A DNA stretch of 64,000 bases, from NCBI GenBank assembly GCA_964016885.1, contig OZ024743.1:193254001-193318000 (forward strand), in the 5' to 3' direction. The notes under the pieces were generated by a model that was given only the letters and a program-made list of their open reading frames with translations, ran no database searches and was not told the DNA's origin. The stretch comes from Eledone cirrhosa. Lineage: Eukaryota. Within the stretch, counting starts at the first letter, position 1, and each line of letters begins with the position of its first letter. This document shows, one piece after another, positions 51,001-58,737 of the stretch. Made by a program: the position numbers and the translations under genes.

Positions 51001-52610
51001 ATCCATTGTTGCATTGTGTCCAGGTCAGACTGTAAGCAAGATCTATAGTGTTCAGGATCTGTTCTTTTTATCTCAAGGTACAGCTTGATGTCGTCTGCGT
51101 ACTTTAGTACTGTGGCATTCTTTAAGTTGGCATCTATGTCATTAATATATGCCACAAACAAAAGGGGGCCAAGAACAGATCCCTGTGGTACACCAGATGA
51201 CATCTCATATGGTGAGGAATGCTGTCCCAGAACCGTGACTACGTCTCTTCGACTGAGAATGAAGGACTTCAACCAGTTAAAAAGATCATCCTTCACACCC
51301 ATTGCAGAGAGTTTTGCCATAAGCCTTTTGTGTGGCACAGAATTGAAGGCTTTCGCAAAGTCAAGGTAAACAACATCCACCCATGAGCCGCCATCAGTGA
51401 TCCGGGTGATGTCCTCAAGAAACTCTATAAGTTGATCACAGCAGCTGGAGTTGGGGATAAATCCAAATTGCGAGGGCCGGATAAGACTGTGAGAGCTCCA
51501 GAAGTTCCGAAGTGTTTCTCTGACACAGGATTCCATCAGTTTGGCGATGCAACTAGTAAGACTGACTGGACGATAGTTCATAGGTGATGTGCGGTCACCC
51601 TTTTTAAACAGAGGAATGACACTGGCAGTTTTCCACTGTTCTGGAGTAGCACTGTTGTTCAGACAGAATTGGAAGAAGCGTGATAACTGGTGCAGAAGGA
51701 AGTACCCACCACGTTTAAGAAGCAGGTACGTAACACCATCAAGACCAGGAGAGGCATGGTTGCGTTTATTTTTTAGGTGACGTCGCAGCATTTCAGGTGT
51801 AAATTCCATGGTTGTAATAGAGTCCAGTGTCATAGGTGGTGGAGATGGTTCACTCTGGTCTTCAATAGTGAAAATGCCTGCATAGCATTCAGCAATGAGC
51901 TCTGCGTATTCCTTGGGGTTGTCAGTAACCTGGCTTGTGTGGGGATTGCGAAGAGGACCAACTGGAGAGTGAGGCCTCTGCTTTGAGTGAACATACTTCC
52001 AGAACACCTTACTGTCAGGGCTGGTTGCTATGCGCTGCTCAAATTAAAGCACTGCTTTTTTTGTCACCTGTTTGAGGTGGTTGGACGATCTATTTCGCTG
52101 CTTCCTATTAATGTCTGATTTGTGAAGTTTGTACTCACGTTCAGCATTGCGCTGTTCTTTTCTGGCAAGACGGACTGCTGCAGTCTCCCAAATTGCACTT
52201 TGGGGATGTTTTTTCCGCTTACATGGCACCGATGTTGCACATGCTGTCCAGGAGTACAGTGTTGACATCTCCAGAGTCGTAGAACTCAAGCCAGTTTTGC
52301 CGTTGCAACTCGGTGCAGTAACAGTTCCAGTCTGCTTTATTCCAGTCAAAGTGAGGAGTTTGAGAGATGACACAGACTAGCATGGCTAAATGTTAACTGA
52401 TTTATACTGGGTGAAAAGCAAAAAAAAAACTGGAGCTGCAAATTGTTGTTACAAACAAATAGACATGAGGAAAGACAATACAAATCAGTTATAAAAAGAA
52501 ATATATCTCTTACCAGCCAGGAGGCCAACGTAGACACTGTCTCGGTTTAAATTTTCCACATATTCTCCAATATAGTTGTTTACTACCCATGCTGCCAATC
52601 GGTTCAACAT
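2200..52610 (-). CDS. VPS13D: VPS13D ortholog, 5' part (25 coding exons, ~1041 aa; chorein-N and following beta-groove region); continues beyond left edge
   Basis: Spliced translation MLNRLAAWVVNNYIGEYVENL...GAVQLDDLILKKD...PWVITI...LHVNDVHIRYED...PSHPFAVGI...WWDYAI...LDIAAPKIIVP...LTVHSLLLVDGLQTFGKDYELLAASHKNL matches VPS13D motifs as I recall them (PSHPFAFG, LTVHGLLLVD..QTYG.DFDLL.ASHKNL). All introns are GT-AG and exon phases chain with no stop. Confidence 0.93.
2459..2792 (-). mobile_element. tRNA-derived SINE with RTE-type tail (family S1), copy 1
   Basis: Head GGAGGCACATGGCTTAGTGG (A box)...GAGTTCAATTC (B box); core CCTTGAGCAAGACACTT; tail ...GCAAGCAGGGAAAAGTGGACATAAAA(TGA)n. Confidence 0.9.
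3012..3177 (-). CDS. VPS13D: VPS13D coding exon 24 (RPITELQV...LTVHSLLLVDGLQTFGKDYELLAASHKNL/A)
   Basis: 166 nt, ttttAG..GTAAGT, phase 1-2; strongly VPS13D-like. Confidence 0.95.
3986..5770 (-). mobile_element. RTE-clade LINE, family B, degraded (internal deletion, frameshifts)
   Basis: ORFs 4875..5564, 4270..4824 and 4003..4269 are pieces of RTE ORF2; the QGSVLSP motif is deleted; the ORF stops (REKRT*) immediately before the (GAT)n tail. Confidence 0.93.
6097..6283 (+). mobile_element. SINE family S3 (GGGCGGTGAATTGGCAG head; GCCTTTCATCC..GGGGTCGATAAAATAAAGTACCAG core)
   Basis: B-box-like GAGTTCAAATCC; 18-bp TSD ATTATTATGGTCAATTAT (6079-6096, 6284-6301); inserted next to older S3 remnants at 5770-6078. 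Confidence 0.88.
6678..6790 (-). CDS. VPS13D: VPS13D coding exon 23 (...IMESSVLLEAEFSVNKLSLEINSR/G)
   Basis: 113 nt, ttacAG..GTAATT, phase 2-1; ES..LL.AEF.VN motif. Confidence 0.9.
7198..7321. mobile_element. Decayed palindromic MITE-like element
   Basis: ~50-bp imperfect inverted arms (..TAGCA.C.CAAA.TGTATGATAAA.TTACAT..). Confidence 0.55.
7846..7988 (-). CDS. VPS13D: VPS13D coding exon 22 (VKALSTCMNQLSSLNKSRK...)
   Basis: 143 nt, ttttAG..GTATGA, phase 0-2. Confidence 0.82.
8085..8360. mobile_element. hAT-type MITE
   Basis: CAGGGTTGAATTTA ... TAAATTTGGCCCTG imperfect 14-bp TIRs; 8-bp flanks GATACACA and GACACACA (7/8). Confidence 0.7.
8969..9059 (-). CDS. VPS13D: VPS13D coding exon 21 (RVIFTTDPEWPSVRLSGTLPSLTIHADQKK)
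   Basis: 91 nt, ttcAG..GTACAC, phase 2-0; DP..P...LSG.LP motif. Confidence 0.92.
9408..10930 (-). mobile_element. Degraded copy of the same CR1-clade LINE (both ends missing)
   Basis: Colinear with about 50590-52145, with frameshifts; ORFs 9904..10230, 10243..10512, 10428..10925. Confidence 0.9.
11181..11312 (-). CDS. VPS13D: VPS13D coding exon 20 (YQVILEDLQVLVGQTHDNWKAAHSRGNTRIHLLDKFSIEVLFE/R)
   Basis: 132 nt, tatAG..GTAAGT, phase 2-2; DLQ..VG...DNWK motif. Confidence 0.93.
12341..12549 (+). mobile_element. 3' end fragment of the CR1 family
   Basis: Matches the reverse complement of 50219-50375 (GACGAGTTGTAGTGCACCTGAGCACT.TACACAATAATTTCATTAT) and ends in (ATTAT)n. Confidence 0.85.
12866..13190 (+). 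mobile_element. tRNA-derived SINE (family S2): same head and core as S1, different 3' half
   Basis: First ~140 nt match S1 up to CAGCTGTAGAAATGAG, then GGTGCCAAGCTGTATCGGCC...; a 3'-half fragment also lies at ~22140-22300 (-). Confidence 0.85.
13715..14050 (-). mobile_element. S3-headed SINE with a longer, distinct tail (S3L)
   Basis: S3 head and core joined to a CT-rich segment and TCTGGAAGAAAT..CAGATCT..GGGCTCTGTCAGGTTTAAAAATG..; other copies at ~38680-39010(-), ~53055-53390(-), ~61025-61260(+). Confidence 0.75.
14165..14294 (-). CDS. VPS13D: VPS13D coding exon 19 (EEFLTPSQSPPNEL...SFYE/R)
   Basis: 130 nt, atcAG..GTAGGT, phase 1-2. Confidence 0.88.
14698..14872 (-). CDS. VPS13D: VPS13D coding exon 18 (QQNRVEIKLDIAAPKIIVPESFFDQNTTLVVFDLGYLRFQN...)
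   Basis: 175 nt, tacAG..GTATGT, phase 0-1; LDI.AP and DLG motifs. Confidence 0.93.
14995..15066. repeat. (TA)n microsatellite
   Basis: ~70 bp pure AT run; compound (TA)n(GA)n at 2793-2860 and (TA)/(TG)n at 61605-61730. Confidence 0.95.
15734..15828 (-). CDS. VPS13D: VPS13D coding exon 17 (DAAYKRYQNLKFHTKTELQHRWRELLQGKKVP)
   Basis: 95 nt, tttctAG..GTATGT; a weaker in-frame donor lies 6 nt earlier (exon end 15740). Confidence 0.88.
16415..16533 (-). CDS. VPS13D: VPS13D coding exon 16 (IYVKTKSIAIVSNPYTVKELKDFFTISP...)
   Basis: 119 nt, ttccAG..GTAGGT, phase 2-1. Confidence 0.9.
17011..17171 (-). CDS. VPS13D: VPS13D coding exon 15 (EISYTFRRMRF...KIFQMTFEKSESNSNKKY/K)
   Basis: 161 nt, ttttAG..GTAAGT, phase 0-2. 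Confidence 0.85.
17255..17675 (-). mobile_element. Degraded RTE RT-core fragment
   Basis: Minus strand encodes decayed GVHQG..PLL..I.LQAI.EEFK.GCP..L.YADDL and GLKV.P.KTK motifs. Confidence 0.85.
17905..18077 (-). CDS. VPS13D: VPS13D coding exon 14 (...LSLGIFELQDRLVKESCFPSLIVPNPK)
   Basis: 173 nt, tatAG..GTAAAA, phase 1-0. Confidence 0.9.
18271..18438. mobile_element. Tc1/mariner-superfamily (Tc2/pogo-like CCGTA end) MITE
   Basis: TA|CCATATTTCCCAGCATCGAAG ... CTTTGGTGCCGGGAAATACGG|TA; 4 mismatches in the 21-bp TIR. Confidence 0.8.
19181..19312 (-). CDS. VPS13D: VPS13D coding exon 13 (ERELMDIMNKTMDSDTFYKRDKVFATLNFCLKKGSMKLL...)
   Basis: 132 nt, tatAG..GTATGA, phase 1-1; KRD.VFA.LN motif. 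Confidence 0.92.
19669..19831 (-). CDS. VPS13D: VPS13D coding exon 12 (PSTPVTQTPEEYKTGYLQSWLSWAVGY...)
   Basis: 163 nt, tttAG..GTATTC, phase 0-1; YLQSW motif. Confidence 0.88.
20484..20902. repeat. ~48-bp tandem array (about 8 units) derived from the RTE/SINE 3'UTR module
   Basis: Consensus CCACTTTACAGAGTGTACTGGGTGCATTTTATCATGGCACCAGCACTA; one ~70-bp interruption; a smaller array lies at ~24805-24970. Confidence 0.85.
21107..21214 (-). CDS. VPS13D: VPS13D coding exon 11 (EHQRKMEDELNIEEIKTIRLLAFDKVNKDMMEEVAK)
   Basis: 108 nt, tttcAG..GTAATG, phase 0-0. Confidence 0.9.
22532..22697 (-). CDS. VPS13D: VPS13D coding exon 10 (PRQWWDYAITAYL...RARDLVNYYKAY...)
   Basis: 166 nt, ttcAG..GTAAGT, phase 2-0; WW.YA motif. 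Confidence 0.93.
24001..24242 (-). CDS. VPS13D: VPS13D coding exon 9 (THDYVLSPTNARSRIKRNTSELPL...KWRPDVSCKE/N)
   Basis: 242 nt, caacAG..GTAAGT, phase 0-2; overlaps ORF 23997..24230. Confidence 0.92.
26060..26101 (-). CDS. VPS13D: VPS13D coding exon 8, mini-exon (TLLQSGKSLRDGFD)
   Basis: 42 nt, ttacAG..GTAAGT, phase 0-0; fills the gap between GDLP..E and HDYVL. Confidence 0.7.
27020..27145 (-). CDS. VPS13D: VPS13D coding exon 7 (VPCFVYRNVNEMMFKLMELNNLSVYFDTNIQLIGDLPMTEIV)
   Basis: 126 nt, ttgtAG..GTAAGC, phase 0-0. Confidence 0.92.
27863..28048 (-). mobile_element. SINE family S3 copy
   Basis: Reverse complement of 6097-6283; 16-bp TSD AAAACTATGAAATAAT (27847-27862, 28053-28068). Confidence 0.88.
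29998..30114 (-). CDS. VPS13D: VPS13D coding exon 6 (LHVNDVHIRYEDNDLNPSHPFAVGIDLDSLIAQSTDENW)
   Basis: 117 nt, ttcAG..GTAAGT; hallmark VHIRYED motif. Confidence 0.95.
30213..30348 (+). mobile_element. Degenerate tRNA-SINE family S4 (GTGTGGTTAAGAAGTTTGC...GGCACCTTGGGCAAGTGTCTTCTACTATAGCC)
   Basis: Similar decayed copies at ~27428-27565, ~29365-29490, ~30961-31110 (+) and ~7620-7707, ~38535-38610, ~59035-59150 (-). Confidence 0.7.
31370..31907 (-). mobile_element. RTE family A-related 3' fragment
   Basis: End of ORF2 (GRPRKTW...) plus 3'UTR and GAT tail; closely matches 34150-34697. Confidence 0.9.
33908..34697 (+). mobile_element. RTE family A-related 3' fragment
   Basis: ORF 33923..34243 (RLRWYGHV, GRPQKTW) plus 3'UTR and GAT tail. 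Confidence 0.92.
34925..35167 (+). mobile_element. LINE ORF2 C-terminal CCHC zinc-knuckle fragment (I/R1/Ingi-like group)
   Basis: LQIGHIPLN..L.RMG..DSSLCSCGDSPETLWHYLFQC. Confidence 0.65.
36004..36087 (-). CDS. VPS13D: VPS13D coding exon 5 (QSGKAKGSSSSWLVTLTSVASNILENLQ)
   Basis: 84 nt, tttctAG..GTATT, phase 0-0; ends in the VPS13 'I(L/V)EN(L/I)Q' motif. Confidence 0.9.
36535..36739. mobile_element. piggyBac-type MITE, copy 1
   Basis: TTAA|CCCTTTAGCATTTA ... TAAATGCTAAAGGG|TTAA. Confidence 0.88.
37473..37814 (-). mobile_element. SINE S1 copy 2
   Basis: Near-identical to 2459-2792; possible TSD TTCTTAT. Confidence 0.9.
38082..38159 (-). CDS. VPS13D: VPS13D coding exon 4 (CDKVERKKLYQSSKQLALETVDDMLK)
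   Basis: 78 nt, ttttacAG..GTAAGG, phase 0-0. Confidence 0.85.
39114..39226 (-). CDS. VPS13D: VPS13D coding exon 3 (GMIRKITLKIPVTRIHSEPWVITIEGVHIIVEPMKHAD)
   Basis: 113 nt, acAG..GTAAGT, phase 1-0. Confidence 0.92.
39655..39745 (-). mobile_element. Fragment of a CRE-like LINE extreme C-terminus
   Basis: REQEWLFKCISLAILQGNAFSILSA resembles CRE 'FL.QRISLAIQRGNA.SIL'. Confidence 0.6.
40440..41010 (-). mobile_element. Degraded LINE APE-endonuclease fragment (RTE-like)
   Basis: VVQVYAPN, SDFNA, IDFVIV and STDHHLV motifs in ORFs 40737..40937 and 40440..40661. Confidence 0.8.
42113..42184. repeat. 22-bp tandem repeat x3
   Basis: TATAAGTTTAGAGATTAAGTTT three times, ~20 bp from the coding-exon-2 donor. 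Confidence 0.9.
42206..42283 (-). CDS. VPS13D: VPS13D coding exon 2 (GAVQLDDLILKKDVFNQFGLPLQLKN/G)
   Basis: 78 nt, ttttAG..GTTTGT, phase 1-1. Confidence 0.92.
42600..42845 (+). mobile_element. Degraded RTE ORF2 C-terminal fragment
   Basis: GTCGRGRPRRTW-like coding followed by ..EMTKD..AVL.KT. Confidence 0.65.
45452..46585 (-). mobile_element. Older RTE family A-related 3' fragment including the PHD-finger region
   Basis: Degenerate homology to the RT C-half (SGKWPCSVCRKGVGRNSILCPKCKVWVHK) and to the 3'UTR and tail. Confidence 0.88.
46359..46400 (+). mobile_element. 42-bp extremely 5'-truncated RTE tail insertion
   Basis: AAACCCATGCAAGCGTGGAAGATGGACATTAAACGATGATGA flanked by TSD TGTTCC (46353-46358, 46401-46406). 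Confidence 0.85.
46816..47030. mobile_element. piggyBac-type MITE, copy 2 (opposite orientation to copy 1)
   Basis: TTAA|CCCTTTAGCATTTA ... TAAATGCTAAGGGG|TTAA; internal homology to copies 1 and 3. Confidence 0.88.
49731..49905 (+). mobile_element. Fragment of a CRE/NeSL-like LINE (restriction-like endonuclease C-terminus)
   Basis: Encodes ..SEEGKLSKYWSLSDRLVVEPVAVETSGILDP, resembling the E..K..KY..L....F.P.A.ET.G motif of CRE-clade ORFs. Confidence 0.6.
50219..52370 (-). mobile_element. CR1-clade LINE, 5'-truncated, with RT ORF and 3'UTR
   Basis: ORF 50481..52007: KKGDR..NYRPVSLTS, YLDFAKAF, SGVPQGSVLGPLLF, YADD, ERDLG; CR1-type C-terminus RGH..K..FFTLRV..WNKLP; (ATT)n-type 3' end; 5' boundary approximate. 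Confidence 0.92.
52514..52610 (-). CDS. VPS13D: VPS13D coding exon 1 (ATG; MLNRLAAWVVNNYIGEYVENLNRDSVYVGLLA/G)
   Basis: 97 nt; donor GTAAG; upstream acceptor ttttctAG at 52619-52620 leaves 8 nt of 5'UTR in this exon. Confidence 0.93.
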
Positions 52611-54686
52611 CTTGCGATCTAGAAAATATAATGATGATTAAAAAACAACCAACTTTTAGTCAAATAGTTACATCAAAAAACTATTTTTACATTATTAGAT
52701 TACAAGCTGAGAGATTATAAATGAAAACAGTTAACTAAGAAAAATATAATAAATTTTCTGGGTTACAGATTCAAGTAGAGTTATGTGAAGAATTTATAAT
52801 ATCCTTATAATTTATCAAGTGTCTATAAATGTCTTAGTGACTTAGTTTCTTATTTTGAAATTAACCTAACCCTTATAATTTTGATATCCAAATTACAGTG
52901 CATACATAAAAGTCACACCTTTTCCCCACAAAATTACATGTAAATCCAGCATGTTACTTATCTATAGAATCTATAAAGCTACAATATAAAATATGTGGTA
53001 CATTGCAAATATAGTAAAATGGAGGTACAACATATACATGAGTATATCTTTTTCTTAGACCCGTAACTCCTGATGGAGTTGTAAGGGCACCATAGTTTCT
53101 TGAGCATTTTTAACCTGACAGAACCTATCCTTCCTGAGATCTGGACACAGTTGATTTCTTCCAAAGAAGAAGAGTGAGTGAGTGAGTGAGTGAGTGATAG
53201 AGAGGAAGTGAGAAAGAGATACAGAGAAAAAAAAATCAACCACAGTATTGGACTGGAACATTTGATTGATTTTGAAAAGATAAAAGGCAAAGCTGATCTC
53301 AAGCAGGATTTGAATTCAGTGCAGGGAGTTGGAACGTACACCACAAGATTTCTACCTGATGGTCTAATGACTGTCAGTTTGCTGCCTACATAAGTATATA
53401 TGGTAGTCAAATTAAATTAGGATATATATAAGTACTTGTAAAAGCACACTTCCTAATACGATATAATAAAACATTACATAGTTAAGAAATCAAGAATTAT
53501 TTAATTCTTAATATCCTGTAATGGGTTAGAAGAAAATATCTAAAAATGGGTTTGTTAATTCAAATGTTTGTAGTATCTTTAATACTGGACAGATTTTTGT
53601 GAAAATTTGGAATATTAAAGTAAAGACTAGACTTTTTAATGTGATGCAGTCATAGTTCTGTTTTGTACTTTTTCAAGAATATATTAGCTAATGTAGTTTC
53701 ATGTAGTACAGAACATTAAGAGTTACTAGTATTCCTAAAGGAGTAGTGGGTATCTTAGCCATTTGAAATTTTTTGTTATTTTTTTTAATGTAATTTTATG
53801 TGGTAAAGGATATTTGTCATGTGTGCAACCAAAAAGTCAGAACATGATTTGAAAAAAAAACAGTTTCAAAAAGAAAGTCAGAATTATACAGAAACTTTAA
53901 ATAATTCTGAATGCTAACAGAATAACAGTAGCAAACTACTGGCAATTCAAATTTGAAATAGAAGAATTACTTTATCTAAGCAGTTTTTAATGTTTTTATT
54001 TCTAATATTCACACTAGAAATTGCTAATATATCTACATTAAAAGAAACATGCAAAGGAGAACTTTAATATCTAAATTTTTGTGTGAAAAAGACAAAGTGA
54101 AAAAATACTAACAGTGTAGTTGATTACAATTATGTATAATTTGATAAAAAAACAAACAAACAAAAATACATACCAGCTACTTTTAAAATCTGATAATTCA
54201 ATAGAACACAAAGACTGAGTAGTTTTAGTATACAGAAACAAAAATAACATCTAGATACGATATCAATTCAGAATTGAAAGTGCATCATATGTTATATTTT
54301 GAGTAGAAGACCTAATCTGTTGCCTTTATCAGAGTCCACTTGTGTCCAGTCTGAAGAAAAATCAATATATTGATGCACAGCTTCCTACTGCTCCTTCTCT
54401 TATGTGCCATTGTTAGAGGGTGGAGTTGGTAGTGGCTTTTCAGAAGAGGTTTGCCACCAGATACAATAATGGAGACTGTGCTATTTGCTGCAATCATCTG
54501 GTTCTAGTCGAATTATTTACAGAGATTGAAGTAGTGGTTAGCAGAAACCCATGAGTCATGGTTTCTTCTTCCTTTCTTCCACCAACCCCAGAAATCTTAC
54601 AAAAGTCATGGGCACTACCATTTCTCCTTTGACTAAGCCATAAAAAAAAACAATAAAAAGGAAATCACCAAATCTCCTAACATTAA

Positions 54687-54894
54687 CCCTTTAGCATTTA
54701 AACCGGCTGCATCTGGCCGAAATTCTTTCACCTTTTTCTATTCAAACCAGCTGTAACCAGCCACTCATACTTATGTTAAGGTATTGTTCTCAAAATAAAT
54801 AATATCAAAATCTCATAGATTCGATATTATGTGAGGTAAGGCCGATACCAAGAAAATACAATAGTATATATACAGTAATGCAAATGCGAAAGAG
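54687..54894. mobile_element. piggyBac-type MITE, copy 3
   Basis: TTAA|CCCTTTAGCATTTA ... CAAATGCGAAAGAG|TTAA. Confidence 0.85.
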
Positions 54895-57652
54895 TTAATT
54901 CAACTATATCTATTAAGACAAGATCAGGTAGCAAATAGTTCCCAACAAATGCAATTGGAACCATCATAATGCTAAATTTATTCCATTTTTTTTAAAATTC
55001 CAATTGACATAGACATTCTAACAATTTACATGAATCAATTTCAAATAAACTCTTTTTTGTATTTCTTTTTGTGCTTTGTTATTTAGTTTGTAAGGCACCT
55101 GAAAAGGCAACATTACCAATCTAGTTATTTTGTTGATGGTGGTAATGTTATTGCTGACACCTAGATAAAGTTTAGCTGGCCTTCAATGAGGTTGCATCTC
55201 ATAGGATCTTCAGTGTTTTAATGGTAGAGATCAGAGTCCTATCATAATTTATTTATTCCAGTAATATAAAACAAAACCAAGAACTCTTGAGGTGAAATGT
55301 TAGAGATAGTAACTTTCAAACTAAGTGCTTAAGGAAATTGGACATTTCATACTTAATGACCTAATAATTGATGTTTCAATTATGTGGCATCCACAATAAA
55401 ATTGCATGTGTTGCAATATCAACAAAAATAAAGGAAACACACAGCATACTATAAACAACTAAACACTAACAAATTATGACTTAAGAAATATTTGCTTACC
55501 AACCAAGTTGACCATCAAAACAGCAGCTATTAGAACTTTTGATGATACCGGAATAGAAAACTAAGCAAAACATGCTTAGACTTCCACACAGCACTCCACA
55601 TGGCCAATCACTACACAAGGGAGTCCCAGATCAGACAGAAAAGGGGTATACTTGATATAAAAGACATACTCCTAAGCAGAGCTGACTAGGATTACTCAAC
55701 AATAACATCATTATCACTTTTACATCCACTTTTCCATGCTGGCATAGAAGGGATGTTTTGAGACAATATTTTATAGCCCTTCCTGATGCCAACTCTTTTA
55801 GTTGCTTCTTACAACATGCAGGGAGACAGTGTAACTATTCTAAAAATTGGGATACACACATAAACATGAATAATATACACCTATATACATATTCTTAACG
55901 GATGAATGAACATTACTTTGATTACCAGTTGTAGTTTAGCACTAAATCAACCCCAATTGGCTAAATCTATAATGAAAGGCTTCCCAAACATGACCATCTA
56001 TTCTTGTTTTCAAAAATAATATATCTATGACATCATTATTCAATGTCTTTACTTTTATTTTGTAAAACACTAATGTGTGAATTGAGGGAGATTTGGCTTC
56101 TATTTTTTACAGGTTGAGTAACTGCATCTGTTTATATTGAATTTTTTTATTGTGGCTTTTGTTTATATTGCATTTTTTTAATTCCAGTTTATGTTTGTAA
56201 TATATTTTGTTACTCCATAACGATAAAACTTTGCTGCTTTCGAAATTGTAAAACAAAATTATGTTAGTAAAAACAGTTATTGAAAAAAAAAAAAAAAAAA
56301 AGAAAAGAGTGATAAAGTGTTAAAGGGACTAACAAAAGGTTAACGAAAGAAAATAAATAAAAATAAACAGGTTATTTTGAAGAAGGAAAAATAAAAAGTC
56401 AATAACCAAATTAAACTTAAATAAAAAATACCGGAAGAGACCATGCAGCAGCTGGAGAAAGAGGAAGGTAGTGAATGAGTGTAAGAGAAGCAGCTAAACA
56501 AGTGGAAAGTTTTAACAGAACATACTCACATATTGAAAGAATCATTGGGTATGCGTGTGTATGATTTGGGTTAAACCTGACACCCAATAAATACACACAG
56601 AGAAAGGGATAGAGAGAGTGAGAAAGACAGCTTCAAGTGACTAGAATCGCTTCCCAGAATTCAAGTACATCAACTAGCCAGCAAGGCAGAGATAAATCAG
56701 AGATTGTTGACCAACAGTAACACATGGTAGCAGCGTAACTGGACATTGTACACCTGTGGAGTTGCAATGTGAGGGGACAAGACATCAAAAAGGAGTGGAA
56801 ACTGTTACAATTTTTTTTTTTTTAATTATGGTATACTACAGAATTTGCCTCAGCAAGCAACAGCAGTTTATCACTAATGCACGCATGTAGACACACACAC
56901 ACAGTAATAATAAATCCAAAGAGTACTTGATCAGGGTTGTATATATATAAGTATATATAAACCCGTAGAGCAAAGATTTATTATTAATACAGATGAAAAG
57001 TTTAAGCAATTAATTTTTACTTTCACCCTAAGTGGGATCATCTGAAACTGAGAAAAATCAATCTGTAGACACAGAAGTAAATATTTCAAAAAAATTACAA
57101 CCAAATAGTCCCTTTAGAAAACAGGAAGACATAACATTAGTGCATGAGTACATTCTCTTGAGATGAGTGAAATGTATGCAAGGAGAATTGCGTTATTATG
57201 TGGAGCAATAAGAAATCAGGAGACTAGTATTCATTTTAGAATAGTTGAATAATTTCCAGCTACCCATATATGGAAAATGATATTGATAGTAGTAAAATGA
57301 TTAAGAATAAAAATACTGAAGGTATTAATAATAGTAAAAACAATACTAATTGAAAACAATAGTAATGTTTTCGGATTTAAGCTCATACATAAGTATGAGT
57401 TGACTGGTGTTGATGCATGCATTAACGAAAATATAGTGTATGAAAATTATACACACATATGCAAATGCACATGTACATATACACATACATATAAGCATAT
57501 ACATACACATACGTGTGTATATATATATAAATTGAGTATAAAGTTTGATTGTTCTTAGCTACCACATTGTGATGCATATCATCTGCATAGTGTCCATACT
57601 ATCCGTTAGGATATAATGTTAGGCTGTAATACAAAAATGTTTTATACAATAT

Positions 57653-57720
57653 TTGTTTACAAGCCGAAGTAGCAACAGATTTTTTGTTTACAAGCCGAAG
57701 TAGCAACAGATTTTTTGTTT
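57653..57720. repeat. 32-bp perfect tandem duplication
   Basis: TTGTTTACAAGCCGAAGTAGCAACAGATTTTT twice. Confidence 0.9.
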
Positions 57721-58647
57721 AAGATACGTTCATTGGCATAAAAGATTTCCAGAGCTTCAGCAGCACAAAGATCAAAAAGTCTTTTATTTCTGTTATAGGA
57801 TCTAGCTTTAGATAAGATCTCCCAGTGTAACCTATATCAAATATTATTGTCTTTTAAACTCCAGATATAGGCTGAAAGTGAAGTCATATTCCTTCTTAAA
57901 GGGTTTTTAAATGAATGAGAGTGTATATATATATATATAGACACTGCTTAAATCTATTGGCAGTTAACCCTATGAAAGCCTTATTAGTAGTGTGTGTATC
58001 AACTTTACATTTGTAAACTATATTGCTTGATATGTATTTCTGGGCTAGAGGAAAACAAATATTAAAAAAATACATTGCCTATTAAGAATGTTGAAGCTAT
58101 AAACTATTGTGTGTGTGTGTGTGGAAAAGAAAGAGAATTGTGTTAGTTGGGTGTGCAGATGTATACTGTTTGGGATAAAAACAAAATATATTAAAACAAA
58201 CAAATAACATAGTCCAAGAAAGATAAGTCATTTTTCTGTGTGTGTGTGTGTGTGTGTATGATTATATATATATATATAAATAATCATACACAAACACACA
58301 CATGCACCTAAAGCTTCTGGACTATGTAAACAAACAAAAATTTTTATGGACTGATAAGTCCCAAAAATATGAAACAATTGTTTAAAAATAAACCTAGAAA
58401 AATAAAAACAAAACAAAAGTAATCAATCATCATCATTTTCATCAAAGAATCTTCATGCTGGCATGGAGTAGAAAGGTCTGCCATATGACATACTAACACT
58501 GAACTCAATTCAGACATCTTGTGCTTACGATTCAATATCTTTGAATCTCATTGCATCCTGTCCTGATTTATGTGTGAATCATAATACTTTTCTTTTACTC
58601 AACACTTACACTAAATGTCCATACAGACACGGTTGTTTCTGCATATA

Positions 58648-58737
58648 CAGGGTGTGTGAAAAGAAATGCCCTATTTACACACACATATATGTTTGTGAGT
58701 GTGTGAGTAAATAGGGCATTTCTTTTCACACACCCTG
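58648..58737. mobile_element. 90-bp Tc1/mariner-type MITE with perfect 31-bp TIRs
   Basis: TA|CAGGGTGTGTGAAAAGAAATGCCCTATTTAC...GTAAATAGGGCATTTCTTTTCACACACCCTG|TA. Confidence 0.85.
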
